DNA from: an uncultured Chitinophagales bacterium
Lineage (GTDB): Bacteria; Bacteroidota; Ignavibacteria; UBA10030; UBA6906
Reading direction: 5' to 3'
Assembly (NCBI GenBank): GCA_964539775.1
Contig: CAZIKE010000001.1
Span: 22,013 to 86,012, forward strand
DNA length: 64,000 nucleotides
The position numbers and the translations under genes were made by a program. Shown here one piece after another: positions 37,509 through 46,847 of the stretch. The notes under the pieces were generated by a model. It did no database searches. It worked only from the letters and a program-made list of their open reading frames with translations, and was not told the origin of the DNA. Numbering within the stretch: position 1 is the stretch's first letter; the number at the start of each line of letters is the position of its first letter.

Positions 37509-39707
37509 TCACTTCGTCGTCAACTCCACGACACCGTTCCATTCTGGCGGGGGAGGAGTGCGTTTGAATTGTTTCGCTCGCTCCAGATGGAGTTGGGTCG
37601 GATAATCGTGAGGACGGATGCGCAGCGCCTCCAGGAACTTCGGGATCGCTTCCTCCCACTCCCGGCTACGATACAGATACAATCCCGCCGTATAGAGCGA
37701 AAGGAACCGCTCGAGCGCGGGATCGAGTGAGCCATCGAGTCGCTGCAACAGTTCGAACGTCCGCAGTGGCTCGGAGCGCCCTTTGACGGCAATGAGATCC
37801 AACTCTCTCCCGATGATCCGGTTCTTCACTCGTTCATACGTTGCCTCGCTCACCATGATGCCGGTGCGATACACCTTGTTCGCTCCTTCCAGACGCGACG
37901 CGATGTTGACGCCGTCGCCGATCACGGTGTAGTCGAACTTTCCGATGCCCCCCATGTTTCCCACGACCATGTCGCCCGTGTTGATGCCGATCCGTACATG
38001 CAGCATGGGTTTGCCCTCGCCGCGCCACCGTTCCCTAATCGCGGCGAGTGTGTGCTGCATGTCGAGCGCGCTGCAACATGCCCGTAGTGCGTGATCGTCC
38101 TGCGGTAACGGGGCGCCCCAGAACGCCACGATCGCATCGCCGAAAAACTTGTCGAGTGTGCCGTCATTCTGCAGAATGATGGTTGTCATCTCGTTGAAAT
38201 ACTCGTTCAGCAGGCTTACCAGCTCTTCCGACGGCATTTTTTCCGAGATTGTCGTGAACCCTTCGATGTCGGCAAACATCACGCTGAGTTCCTTCCGTTC
38301 TCCGCCGAGCTTCAATTTCTCCGGGTGGAGAATCAACTCTTCCACCACCGTCGGGTTCACATACGTACTGAACATGGATTTGATCATCAGGCGCTGTTTC
38401 CGTTCTGTCACGTAGTGGTATGCCGTACTCGCAACGTACGCAATGACAACTCCTACCATCGGTCCAACCGCCGCCATGACAATGTTGTATGTGGTGAACA
38501 GGTGCACCGCCATGGCGGCAACAACAATCACTTCCACGGCCACGATTAGAAATCCAACCAACTCCAACACGAAGTGCCGCAGGCCCCGACTGCTGCGCAG
38601 AGCCGAGGTTGCATAGAACGTCAGGTACGAAAAGAAGACTATCAGGAGAAAGTCGACCAGCACGGGCAGCCTTCGCAGAAACTCGCCGCGCAGCACACTC
38701 TCGATGACGTTGGCATGAATCTCCACCCCATACATGAGATTCTCGCTGTGCACCGAGGGCTGTGCGAGCGCCACGGGAAAGAGATCATGGTCTTCGGGCA
38801 TCGTCGAACCGACCAGCACGATTTTGTCCTTGAACGTTCCGTCGTACTTGTATCCGAAATCGGGATCGCTGAAGGTATTGATCTCGTGCCCAGTTGTCGC
38901 TTCCTCATTCGTCGTAACTGTTTCGTCGTCCAGTACATCAACAAACTGAATGCGACGAAATGTGCCGCTCGGCCCGTACAGGTTCATGAGGAACGAGGAG
39001 GCATCATACTTTGGGATACGTCTCCCGGCAAAGAGAAACTCGCTCTCGTGATTGTCGGCAGTGCTCAGAGGAGGAAGACCGAGGAACTTGTTCAGCACGG
39101 CAAAACTGAAGGTTGGAACACGCGTCGTGTCTCCCGTTCCGTCGGCCCCGACATAGAGCGCTTCCCAGTACGGATTATAGCGCCGGTACACTCCATCCGC
39201 ATCGTTGCGGATGTTGACAAGGCCCAAGGCGCTGTCGATGCCGAAAAACTGGTTGCCGTAGTTTTCTTTCGTGCGCTTGATCTCGTACGTGTGTTGTTGT
39301 GCATCCATCTTCCCTGCCAGCACAACAAGTCCCGTCTCGCGAAGAGCATCGCGGAAGGCATCATCGTTCGCCGGATCGTAGGCATCAGGACCGGTGAGAA
39401 TGATATCGATGCCGACCGCTTTCGCTCCAGCGCTCTTCAGGTTGCGAACGAGATGGGCATAGTAGGCACGGGGCCAGGGCCAACGCGAGGAGAGAGATTT
39501 GAACGACTCGTCGGAGACTTCCACAATCACCACGTGGCTCGATTCGGGTATGGCGGGATGTTTGCCTCGCTCGCGGAAGCGATAATCCAGGGAGGCAAGC
39601 TCCAGGCGCCCAACAATCCCAAGCTGCAACACATCTTCATGGGCCACCACAATCGTGACGACGGCTGCTGCAAGGGCAACAAAAAATTTGCGCAGGCGCG
39701 GGTTCAT
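37509..39707 (-). CDS. CHASE2 sensor-domain class III adenylate/guanylate cyclase with C-terminal TPR-like tail
   Basis: 732 aa. N-terminal TM, then a periplasmic CHASE2-like region (..VVIVEVSDESFKSL..RWPWPRAYYAHLVRNL..GAKAVGIDIIL), then three TM helices. The cyclase core follows (SVMFADIEGFTTISE, DKFFGDAIVAFWGAP, GINTGDMVVGNMG, TVIGDGVNIASRLE), and then a TPR-like C-terminus. Confidence 0.88.
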   Translation of the reverse strand: MNPRLRKFFVALAAAVVTIVVAHEDVLQLGIVGRLELASLDYRFRERGKHPAIPESSHVVIVEVSDESFKSLSSRWPWPRAYYAHLVRNLKSAGAKAVGIDIILTGPDAYDPANDDAFRDALRETGLVVLAGKMDAQQHTYEIKRTKENYGNQFFGIDSALGLVNIRNDADGVYRRYNPYWEALYVGADGTGDTTRVPTFSFAVLNKFLGLPPLSTADNHESEFLFAGRRIPKYDASSFLMNLYGPSGTFRRIQFVDVLDDETVTTNEEATTGHEINTFSDPDFGYKYDGTFKDKIVLVGSTMPEDHDLFPVALAQPSVHSENLMYGVEIHANVIESVLRGEFLRRLPVLVDFLLIVFFSYLTFYATSALRSSRGLRHFVLELVGFLIVAVEVIVVAAMAVHLFTTYNIVMAAVGPMVGVVIAYVASTAYHYVTERKQRLMIKSMFSTYVNPTVVEELILHPEKLKLGGERKELSVMFADIEGFTTISEKMPSEELVSLLNEYFNEMTTIILQNDGTLDKFFGDAIVAFWGAPLPQDDHALRACCSALDMQHTLAAIRERWRGEGKPMLHVRIGINTGDMVVGNMGGIGKFDYTVIGDGVNIASRLEGANKVYRTGIMVSEATYERVKNRIIGRELDLIAVKGRSEPLRTFELLQRLDGSLDPALERFLSLYTAGLYLYRSREWEEAIPKFLEALRIRPHDYPTQLHLERAKQFKRTPPPPEWNGVVELTTK

Positions 39708-42148
39708 CAGTACTCAAGCCGGTACTTCAAACTCCAGAAATCGTCGTTGGGTATTCCTTTGTTGTGGAAGTAGCTGTACTGGAGCAGCACGTACATGTTC
39801 GGTCGGACATTCCATTGCGCCGCGCAGTCGAACGTAAAGCGAGAAAAATCCCCAAACGTTGGACTGAAGGAGATCGAGACCGCCGCAATGTCCTGAACAA
39901 AACTGTACCTGCCGTAGGCAAGCACGGTAGAATAGTTCAGCCGCGTGCGTGCCGATGACCCCGGCGAAGGAAACTCGTTCACATTCAGTGTATAGCCCAG
40001 CGTTGTTTGCAGGGGAATGGCATAACGTGTATGAAGCGTGCTGGAGACGGAGATGTTTTTGACGTCGAGATTGCGCCGGGTAAAGTCATTCCGGAACGAG
40101 GTCGAGACACTCACCGACGCGATATGGTGCGCCGCGTAGGTGAAGCGCTGCATTGCATGGAGATAATAGCGGTTCGTTTTGTCGTTCACTGCGCTGATGG
40201 AGTCGGGTCCCGTGATCATCAGATTGTTGACATTGGCGAAGTGGGTGTAGCCAACGCTGATGCTGGGGAGTTCCGGCGGGGGGTCGTACGTCAGGGCAAC
40301 ATTTACCGTGGTGAACCGGGTCGTCGTCGCTTTCGTCTTGCTCGTGTTATCGTGCAGCCGCTCGTAACCGAGTGTCACGAACATGTTCTGCTCCGACAAC
40401 CGGATGCGATCCATCAGATTGAAACCGGCCACGTCGGTACGCAGAAACGTTTGGCCGAACGACATATAATCGCTTCCGCGATGAATGTAGCTGGCCTTGA
40501 AGGCGTTATCAAAGTAGTTCAGCGCAAGGCCCACGTCGTACGCGAACGTCGAGAGTTTCTTGAATGAAAGGGGCCGGAGATTGTCGTTGACCGTGATAAA
40601 GTTCTTGAGGATGTCTCTCGCATCCTTGATGGCAGCAGCATCCTTCTTGTACACGGTGTCGATGTAGGCATCGGTGAAGTTGCCGCTGGAGATGTCACTG
40701 TTGAAAGCACTGAACGCCGCCTGCGCGGTCAGCTCGATTCTGTTCATGTCGAATTTCGAGACGAGATCCGTTCCCACCACAAGATTTTCCTGCGGTCGGG
40801 TACCAAACGTGATGGACCGGGTATCGTCCTTTGCCTTGAGCCATGTGAAGCCGATCTGGTACTTTTCGCCCGAACCGAAGCTCGGCCGCACGATGAAGAT
40901 GTCCCGTGCGTACGTCCCGTACGTATATTTCCCCCACGTGAGGGAATCGATGCGGGCAAAGGCGGCAAAAGGATCCGCCTGCTGCTCGAAGCCAAGCTGG
41001 TTGACCGGTATGATTTTCACCAGCGCACCCTCCACGGCTCGCGTTGTTTGCCCTACCGTCAGGTCTACGTTGAACTTGCCCAGACGCACCGACGTGTTCA
41101 GGCCCCGTACCCGCTTGCCGCTTAGAATCAGATTGGGATAGCTCGGATAGCTGTCTCCGTACCCAATGAGCAGCCAGTACGATTCGAGCGACGCGTAGTA
41201 GCGGTTCTGTGGTTGACGCGAGGGTAACTCGTCGGAGGTGACAAACACGTTGGCGTTGAAGCGCCAATCCCCTTGACTGCCACTGAACCGGGCGCTGCCG
41301 CGATTGTACCAGGTTCGGACGTTGCTCACCTTCTCGTTGCGCGATTCGAGATCCACACTGCCGGTGGAGATGAACGGCTGATAGGGCAGCGAAAGCGGTT
41401 CCGGTTCGCCCGCAACATAGAACTGCGTGCTCGCCTGGCGGTGAAGATTTCCCTGACGGTTATACAGCAACACCGTTACCCGGTGCCTGCCGGGCTTCAA
41501 CGACAGATTGTGATTGCTCGGCACATAGACGAGAAGGTCGCCGGTCATCACAGCGTCACTCGATACATCCTTCCCGTCCAGAATGATTTGCGTTGCCCGG
41601 CGAACAACCACCGAATCCGCACGCAGGAGCGAGACGGAAACAACAACATCGGTGGGATCGTACGTCGCGTTCAGTTCGGGGCTCAAGAACACGACCTGCA
41701 GATCGTCCTCCCTCTTGACGACGGGCATGTGCAAGGTACGTGATGGCGGGCGCTCCAGGGGATCGGTGCTTTCGCTGAGCGGATGCGACTCAAGCCCGCC
41801 CGATCGTTTCACCAACACCAGGTAGTATTCAAGATACGGCGGCCGGACAACCCCGGGCGGCACGACGATGAACGCGGTGTTACCTCGCAGGTCCATTTCC
41901 CGCCGGTTCCAGCTTCCTTCGCCGAATGGGCGGTACACAAAGTACGCGCGCTCGATTGTTTCACCCCGATACAAATCGACGCTGACGGTGAGCGGTGTTT
42001 CGCTCACGGCTTCGGTTGGGCTGATGGTGGCCACAAGTGATGAAAGCTGTGCAAACGCTGGCAGAGGAAAGGTGAAGCAACAGGCAAGAAAGAGGATGCG
42101 GACGCAGAGCAGAACCCTGCGCCCGCGATCGCGGATGGCAAAACTCAT
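39707..42148 (-). CDS. large outer-membrane protein: N-terminal Ig-like modules plus a ~550-aa beta-barrel, family unassigned
   Basis: 813 aa with a signal peptide (..FPLPAFAQ), beta-sandwich-like N-terminal third, long alternating-strand region and a C-terminal ..WSLKYRLEY aromatic terminus. ATGA overlap with the FecR-like gene and 1-nt TGATG overlap with the cyclase gene. Confidence 0.7.
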   Translation of the reverse strand: MSFAIRDRGRRVLLCVRILFLACCFTFPLPAFAQLSSLVATISPTEAVSETPLTVSVDLYRGETIERAYFVYRPFGEGSWNRREMDLRGNTAFIVVPPGVVRPPYLEYYLVLVKRSGGLESHPLSESTDPLERPPSRTLHMPVVKREDDLQVVFLSPELNATYDPTDVVVSVSLLRADSVVVRRATQIILDGKDVSSDAVMTGDLLVYVPSNHNLSLKPGRHRVTVLLYNRQGNLHRQASTQFYVAGEPEPLSLPYQPFISTGSVDLESRNEKVSNVRTWYNRGSARFSGSQGDWRFNANVFVTSDELPSRQPQNRYYASLESYWLLIGYGDSYPSYPNLILSGKRVRGLNTSVRLGKFNVDLTVGQTTRAVEGALVKIIPVNQLGFEQQADPFAAFARIDSLTWGKYTYGTYARDIFIVRPSFGSGEKYQIGFTWLKAKDDTRSITFGTRPQENLVVGTDLVSKFDMNRIELTAQAAFSAFNSDISSGNFTDAYIDTVYKKDAAAIKDARDILKNFITVNDNLRPLSFKKLSTFAYDVGLALNYFDNAFKASYIHRGSDYMSFGQTFLRTDVAGFNLMDRIRLSEQNMFVTLGYERLHDNTSKTKATTTRFTTVNVALTYDPPPELPSISVGYTHFANVNNLMITGPDSISAVNDKTNRYYLHAMQRFTYAAHHIASVSVSTSFRNDFTRRNLDVKNISVSSTLHTRYAIPLQTTLGYTLNVNEFPSPGSSARTRLNYSTVLAYGRYSFVQDIAAVSISFSPTFGDFSRFTFDCAAQWNVRPNMYVLLQYSYFHNKGIPNDDFWSLKYRLEY

Positions 42149-42846
42149 TGCTGCTTGTATTTGATCTCGATCCGTTTCTTGTTCCCTTTTCCGTCGTCCA
42201 GTTCAATGTCCAGGCGGTTCTCCTGCTCGGCGAGTTGCGCCGATGCTTCGGCTGCTTGCTTCTCCTCCGGTGTCGAGAGCCGCATCTGCACCTTCCCGTC
42301 ACGCGTCGAAAGGCCGGTATAGCCCGCACCGACATCAACCGACTGCGTCGACACCTTGTTCGTCAGCCGTACAAGCCCCTCGAGCACAATGAGTTTGTCC
42401 GCCGAATCGGATGCTGTAAACTGTCCGCTCGTTCCCCGGATCGACGCCACAGATGTTGGCGATGTGAAACGGAATTCTTCCCCCTGTTGCTGCTTCCTGA
42501 TAATGAACCCGATAACGCCGCGCTGCACCTCGGCGGATTTCGAAAACGCATTGCCATCCTGCACTCCTGCAATCAGCACTTCGGTCTTCTCGCGCACGCG
42601 CAGCATGCTGTTGTCCTTGAACTTGATGACCGCAACGGACTTCTCGCCTGTCCTGAGGCGCTCGCCCGATGCGAGCACTTCGCCTCGTTGTGCAGGTTGC
42701 CAGTCTTTTCCCACCTGCATCCGCATGACATTGAGAATCACTTTGCTGATCAGCGCAATGGCCGAATCGCCTGCAGGGGGCGCGGCGCCCACCGCAAGCA
42801 ATCCGGTCATCAGTATGATAACACTCGATCGCGTTGGTGTTTTCAT
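42145..42846 (-). CDS. FecR-domain periplasmic protein
   Basis: ATG 42846 is preceded by GGAGG and gives a signal peptide. The pattern ..VILNVMRMQVGKDWQPAQRGEVLASGERLRTGEKSVAVIKFKDNSMLRVREKTEVLI.. is FecR-type (PF04773-like). Confidence 0.7.
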   Translation of the reverse strand: MKTPTRSSVIILMTGLLAVGAAPPAGDSAIALISKVILNVMRMQVGKDWQPAQRGEVLASGERLRTGEKSVAVIKFKDNSMLRVREKTEVLIAGVQDGNAFSKSAEVQRGVIGFIIRKQQQGEEFRFTSPTSVASIRGTSGQFTASDSADKLIVLEGLVRLTNKVSTQSVDVGAGYTGLSTRDGKVQMRLSTPEEKQAAEASAQLAEQENRLDIELDDGKGNKKRIEIKYKQQ

Positions 42847-42866
42847 TGTACCTCCCCTTTCCAAGA

Positions 42867-43931
42867 CTATTCCAGATTCACCGCGCCGACCGCTTCCGGA
42901 TTCGAGCGGATGTCATTCAGCACCCTCAACAATTCCGTCAGCGAGATCGGCGATCCGTTCAACCGATAGGTGCCTGTAGGGGAGAGATTTTGCGCACGGA
43001 TTTGATCGAAGATCGATTTGTACACCGGCGGGAGAGATCGCTCAAGGTCCTGCAGCAGCCAGGCCAGAGATGACGAGCGCGTCGTGGAGATGGAGAACGA
43101 CCGGAGCGCGCTGCGCAGTTCGAGATTCGTCCCTCCGGCCGCACCGACAAGCCCCGTCACGTACCACACGTAGGTCTTTCCCGGCTGCAACACGCGCGCA
43201 GTGGTGGGATAGCGCAGCGACCGCGTTTCTACGGTTGCGGTATGGTGGGGTGTGCCGCTTGCCGTTTCTTCAAGACTTCGTTGCCCCGGAAGCTTCTCAA
43301 AGATCGCAATGGTTGCCCGCGGCCCGTCGTACTGCCACTCGAACAGCGGAAATCCCTCCGTCAACACCTCGCCATCCTGCGGCGCGAGCAGGACAGGCGT
43401 GGAAGGGTTCGTGAGGATGAACGTGAACTGCCTTGTGTCGGTGTCGGATCCGTTGACTTCGCGGACATTCACCGTGAAGATATAACTGCCGGCGGGCATC
43501 GAACCGCTCGGCAGGGCGATCTCCAGGAATTTTGCTTTTGCGTCGTTGTTGAAGATGTAACTTTCCTGCGGTATGCCGCGCCCTCTGCCTAACTCCAAGT
43601 TGGTGACGGTGCGCGTGCGCTCGATGGTAAACGGTACGGAAATGAAACGCGCGGCATTCTCATAGCGCTCGCCGCTCGCCAACAGGACGTCGAGGTTGAT
43701 CGTCATGACCGCCTGTATGGTCCGTGGGGTTTGTATCGTTATCGTGAACAGCCACTTGGGGGTAGTGGAGTTCAGATAGTCCAGGTCGTTAATCGTCAGC
43801 GAGTTGACCGGTGCTGTGACCGTGGTGACCGTGATTTGTGCGTGGGTAACCGACAGATGAAGAGAGAAGAACAGAACAACGAGCAGCAGCCATTTCCCCC
43901 CATTGCAAACCCTTCGAAGAAATCGGTTCAT
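42867..43931 (-). CDS. secreted hypothetical protein with beta-sandwich modules
   Basis: ATG 43931 gives MNRFLRRVCNGGKWLLLVVLFFSLHLSVTHAQ (signal peptide). It is the first gene of the CHASE2 operon. It contains the module PVLLAPQDGEVL..FPLFEWQ...LQPGKTYVWYVTGL. Confidence 0.65.
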   Translation of the reverse strand: MNRFLRRVCNGGKWLLLVVLFFSLHLSVTHAQITVTTVTAPVNSLTINDLDYLNSTTPKWLFTITIQTPRTIQAVMTINLDVLLASGERYENAARFISVPFTIERTRTVTNLELGRGRGIPQESYIFNNDAKAKFLEIALPSGSMPAGSYIFTVNVREVNGSDTDTRQFTFILTNPSTPVLLAPQDGEVLTEGFPLFEWQYDGPRATIAIFEKLPGQRSLEETASGTPHHTATVETRSLRYPTTARVLQPGKTYVWYVTGLVGAAGGTNLELRSALRSFSISTTRSSSLAWLLQDLERSLPPVYKSIFDQIRAQNLSPTGTYRLNGSPISLTELLRVLNDIRSNPEAVGAVNLE

Positions 43932-43983
43932 AGGTTTCCCCTTCCTGACTTGTGGACGTCCAGACAATATCCCCCTGCGGCAA

Positions 43984-44012
43984 ATGATAACAAAAACTGC
44001 GATTGATAGCAA
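43984..44012 (-). promoter_or_regulatory. sigma70-like promoter candidate (TTGCTA-N17-TATCAT) for the four-gene CHASE2 operon
   Basis: On the reverse strand, -35 lies at 44012..44007 and -10 at 43989..43984, about 50 nt upstream of ATG 43931. Confidence 0.45.
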
Positions 44013-44101
44013 TAACAACTTCCGACCACGTGCCTGCCATCCGAAGAGAATCCCTTTCTCACAGACTCTCTTCCCGGCCGCCCCCGTGGAAAAGGCAACG
44101 A

Positions 44102-45406
44102 TTAGAAGTTCCGTATGTCGTTATACACCGCAAACGCCATAAACACCAACAACAGCACGAACCCTGTGCGCTGGATTGCGAGCTTGAGCTTTGTCGGAAT
44201 CTCGCGTCCGATGATGCCCTCCACGATCAGGAAAATAAGATGTCCGCCATCGAGGGCAGGAATGGGAAGGATATTGAGAATGGCGAGGCTGACGCTGAGT
44301 AAGCCCATGAACTGAAGGTACACTTCGATGCCGACATCGAACGATTCTTTGGCGAACTTCCCGATGCGGATGGGACCAGCAAGCGATTCAGAGAAGGACA
44401 CCTTGCCGCGGATAAGACTGATCACGCCGGAGATCGTTCCGGCAACCACCTGCCGAACGTCTCGGGCACCTTGCCCGATCGCTTCCAGGACCGTGTACTC
44501 CGTCTTCTTTATCGGCCCGGTATAGCCTGCGGAGAACTCGATGCCGATCTGCCCCTTCGGTGTTGGTGTAATGTTCCCTGTGAGCACGGTGTCGCCGCGC
44601 TTCCATTCGATGGCCAGTGGCTTCCCTGCATTACTCTTGATCGTCTCGACGATGCGAATGGCTTGCACAGGGCGCCCGGCAATCGTCAGAATGCTATCGA
44701 GGGGCCGGATGCCCAGTTGCTCGGCCGGCATTCCCTTCGTGACGTTCTTGACCACAACAGCGAAGTGCGCGGGCAGGAGGCCAAAATCGGATTCCGCTTT
44801 GGCGTCGAGGGGCGCGCCGTGCGACCGCACCTGCACCTGCTGGCCGTGACGCTCGACGACAAAGCGCAACTCGCTTCCGATGTTCTCTAGGTAAATGGCG
44901 CGACGCAACCCGTCCCAATCGGCGACGGGCTTGCCGTTGACGCTCAACACCCTATCGCCCGGTTTGAAGCCCGCCGAGTCGGCAACGCTTCCTGCAAACA
45001 CGAATCCGACTTCTGTCGTGTCATAGACGGTGCGACCGTGCACATAGGCCAGCGCACTATAAATCCCGAGTGCCAGGACGACGTTCATGATGACACCGGC
45101 AGAGATCACAATGATACGCTGCCAGATGGGTTTGGCCCGGAATTCCCACGGCTGCGGCGGCTTGTTGATGAACTCCGTGTCGAAACTCTCATCGATCATT
45201 CCCGCAATCTTCACATAGCCACCAAAGGGAATCCACGACACGCAGTAATCGGTGTCGCCGATTTTCTTGCCGAATGCCCGCGGCGGAAAACCGATTGAGA
45301 ACACATCCACCCGCATACCGCACAGCTTGGCCGCGATGAAGTGACCGAACTCGTGCACAAACACCAGCACGCCCAGGATGACGATCGTCGATATCAAGTA
45401 ATCCAT
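44102..45406 (-). CDS. rseP: RIP metalloprotease RseP (site-2 protease)
   Basis: 434 aa. HEFGHF zinc motif in TM1, PDZ region and the C-terminal NILPIPALDGG motif. Confidence 0.93.
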   Translation of the reverse strand: MDYLISTIVILGVLVFVHEFGHFIAAKLCGMRVDVFSIGFPPRAFGKKIGDTDYCVSWIPFGGYVKIAGMIDESFDTEFINKPPQPWEFRAKPIWQRIIVISAGVIMNVVLALGIYSALAYVHGRTVYDTTEVGFVFAGSVADSAGFKPGDRVLSVNGKPVADWDGLRRAIYLENIGSELRFVVERHGQQVQVRSHGAPLDAKAESDFGLLPAHFAVVVKNVTKGMPAEQLGIRPLDSILTIAGRPVQAIRIVETIKSNAGKPLAIEWKRGDTVLTGNITPTPKGQIGIEFSAGYTGPIKKTEYTVLEAIGQGARDVRQVVAGTISGVISLIRGKVSFSESLAGPIRIGKFAKESFDVGIEVYLQFMGLLSVSLAILNILPIPALDGGHLIFLIVEGIIGREIPTKLKLAIQRTGFVLLLVFMAFAVYNDIRNF

Positions 45407-45422
45407 GATCTTCCGTCCTTCC

Positions 45423-46586
45423 CTAATGAACCGTGGCAGCTACCTGGTGCACGAATGCACGCGTTTCCCGATCAACAGCGACGATCTCCTCGAACGTGGC
45501 GTTCTGCCTCGGCGTGTGTGCCTGTAACGCATCCTCGATCAACTGAGGAATTGCGGAAAAGGGAATTTCCTCGTTCAGGAACTTCTGCACCGCAACTTCG
45601 TTGGCAGCGTTCAGCACCGCGGTCGCGCTTCCCCCAATCTCCAACGCTTTGAAGGCAAGAGCCAGACATCGGAACTTTTCATAATCAGGCTCGTCGAACG
45701 TCATCTGCTGCACGCGTGAGAAATCCAGTCGCTGATACGGCGCAGCAGGCCGTTCCGGATACATCAGCGCATACTGAATCGGAATTTTCATATCGGGTAT
45801 ACCGAGCTGCGCCTTGGTTGAGCCGTCCTTGAACTCCACCATCGAGTGAATGATAGATTGAGGATGAATGACGACATGGATTTTCTCGGGAGGGAAACCG
45901 AAGAGCCAATGCGCTTCGATGACCTCAAGCCCTTTGTTCATCAACGTGGCCGAATCGATCGTGATCTTATTTCCCATGCGCCAGGTTGGGTGATTGAGCG
46001 CGTCGCGCACGCTGATCGAATGGAATTCCTCTTTCGGGAGCAAGCGAAATGGCCCGCCGGAAGCTGTCAGAATCAGGCGCTCAACGGAGGCGAGATCCTC
46101 CCCCCGCAAGCACTGCAGGATGGCGCTGTGTTCGCTATCCACCGGCAGGAGACGGATGCCGCTCTTGCGAACTGCATTCATCATGATCTCGCCCGCAACC
46201 ACAAGCGTTTCCTTGTTCGCCAAGGCAATATCCTTCCCTGCCTCGATGGCGCGCAAGGTTGGCTTCAGGCCTGCAAATCCCACAAGCGCACTCACGACGA
46301 TGTCCACGTCATCCCGTGTGACGATCTCACACAGCCCTTCTTCACCGACGAGCAGCTCCGTAGCCCCATTGAGGTACTTCCCCAGCACCGACGCGTTGCA
46401 TTCTTCCAACACAACAACTCCGCGAGGCGTGAATCGTTGCACCTGTTCCTGCAGCAATTCAATGTTGCGATGCGCCGTCAGGTATGTGACGCGGAACCGG
46501 TCAGGGAAATGCGAAATGACTTCGAGTGTGCTTCGCCCGATGGAGCCTGTCGAGCCGAGAATCACTATGTTCTTTTTGATCTTCAC
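45423..46586 (-). CDS. dxr: 1-deoxy-D-xylulose-5-phosphate reductoisomerase
   Basis: 387 aa. ILGSTGSIG NADPH loop, ..LPVDSEHSAI.. and ..HPTWRMGNKITIDSATLMNKGLE.. motifs. Confidence 0.95.
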   Translation of the reverse strand: MKIKKNIVILGSTGSIGRSTLEVISHFPDRFRVTYLTAHRNIELLQEQVQRFTPRGVVVLEECNASVLGKYLNGATELLVGEEGLCEIVTRDDVDIVVSALVGFAGLKPTLRAIEAGKDIALANKETLVVAGEIMMNAVRKSGIRLLPVDSEHSAILQCLRGEDLASVERLILTASGGPFRLLPKEEFHSISVRDALNHPTWRMGNKITIDSATLMNKGLEVIEAHWLFGFPPEKIHVVIHPQSIIHSMVEFKDGSTKAQLGIPDMKIPIQYALMYPERPAAPYQRLDFSRVQQMTFDEPDYEKFRCLALAFKALEIGGSATAVLNAANEVAVQKFLNEEIPFSAIPQLIEDALQAHTPRQNATFEEIVAVDRETRAFVHQVAATVH

Positions 46587-46760
46587 GTCCGACTTCGTCT
46601 ATCCTTCGCCCCCCTTGTGTCTTTGCGGCAGTTTCCCGGATCAAGAAACAAAATCACCAAGCGATGCGTTCGGTCTTGTACACTTGGTGATGGGCGCACT
46701 TGCAGAGACGTTCCGCAAGCAAGGTACATAATTCGCCCTTGCTTCGCAAGGCACGGGCAA

Positions 46761-46788
46761 TTGTTTACTCGTGCAAATTTGATATATT
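46761..46788 (+). promoter_or_regulatory. weak sigma70-like promoter candidate (TTGTTT-N16-TATATT)
   Basis: -35 at 46761..46766 and -10 at 46783..46788, about 60 nt upstream of the 46848 OMP gene. Confidence 0.3.
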
Positions 46789-46847
46789 GAGGAGTGACGA
46801 ATCAGCACACGCCGCGGCTTTCGTGCGATTTGGAATGCCGACGGTGA

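Noticed and set aside
38574-39773. 399-aa plus-strand ORF
   Set aside because: It is antisense to the CHASE2 cyclase gene, with no motifs.
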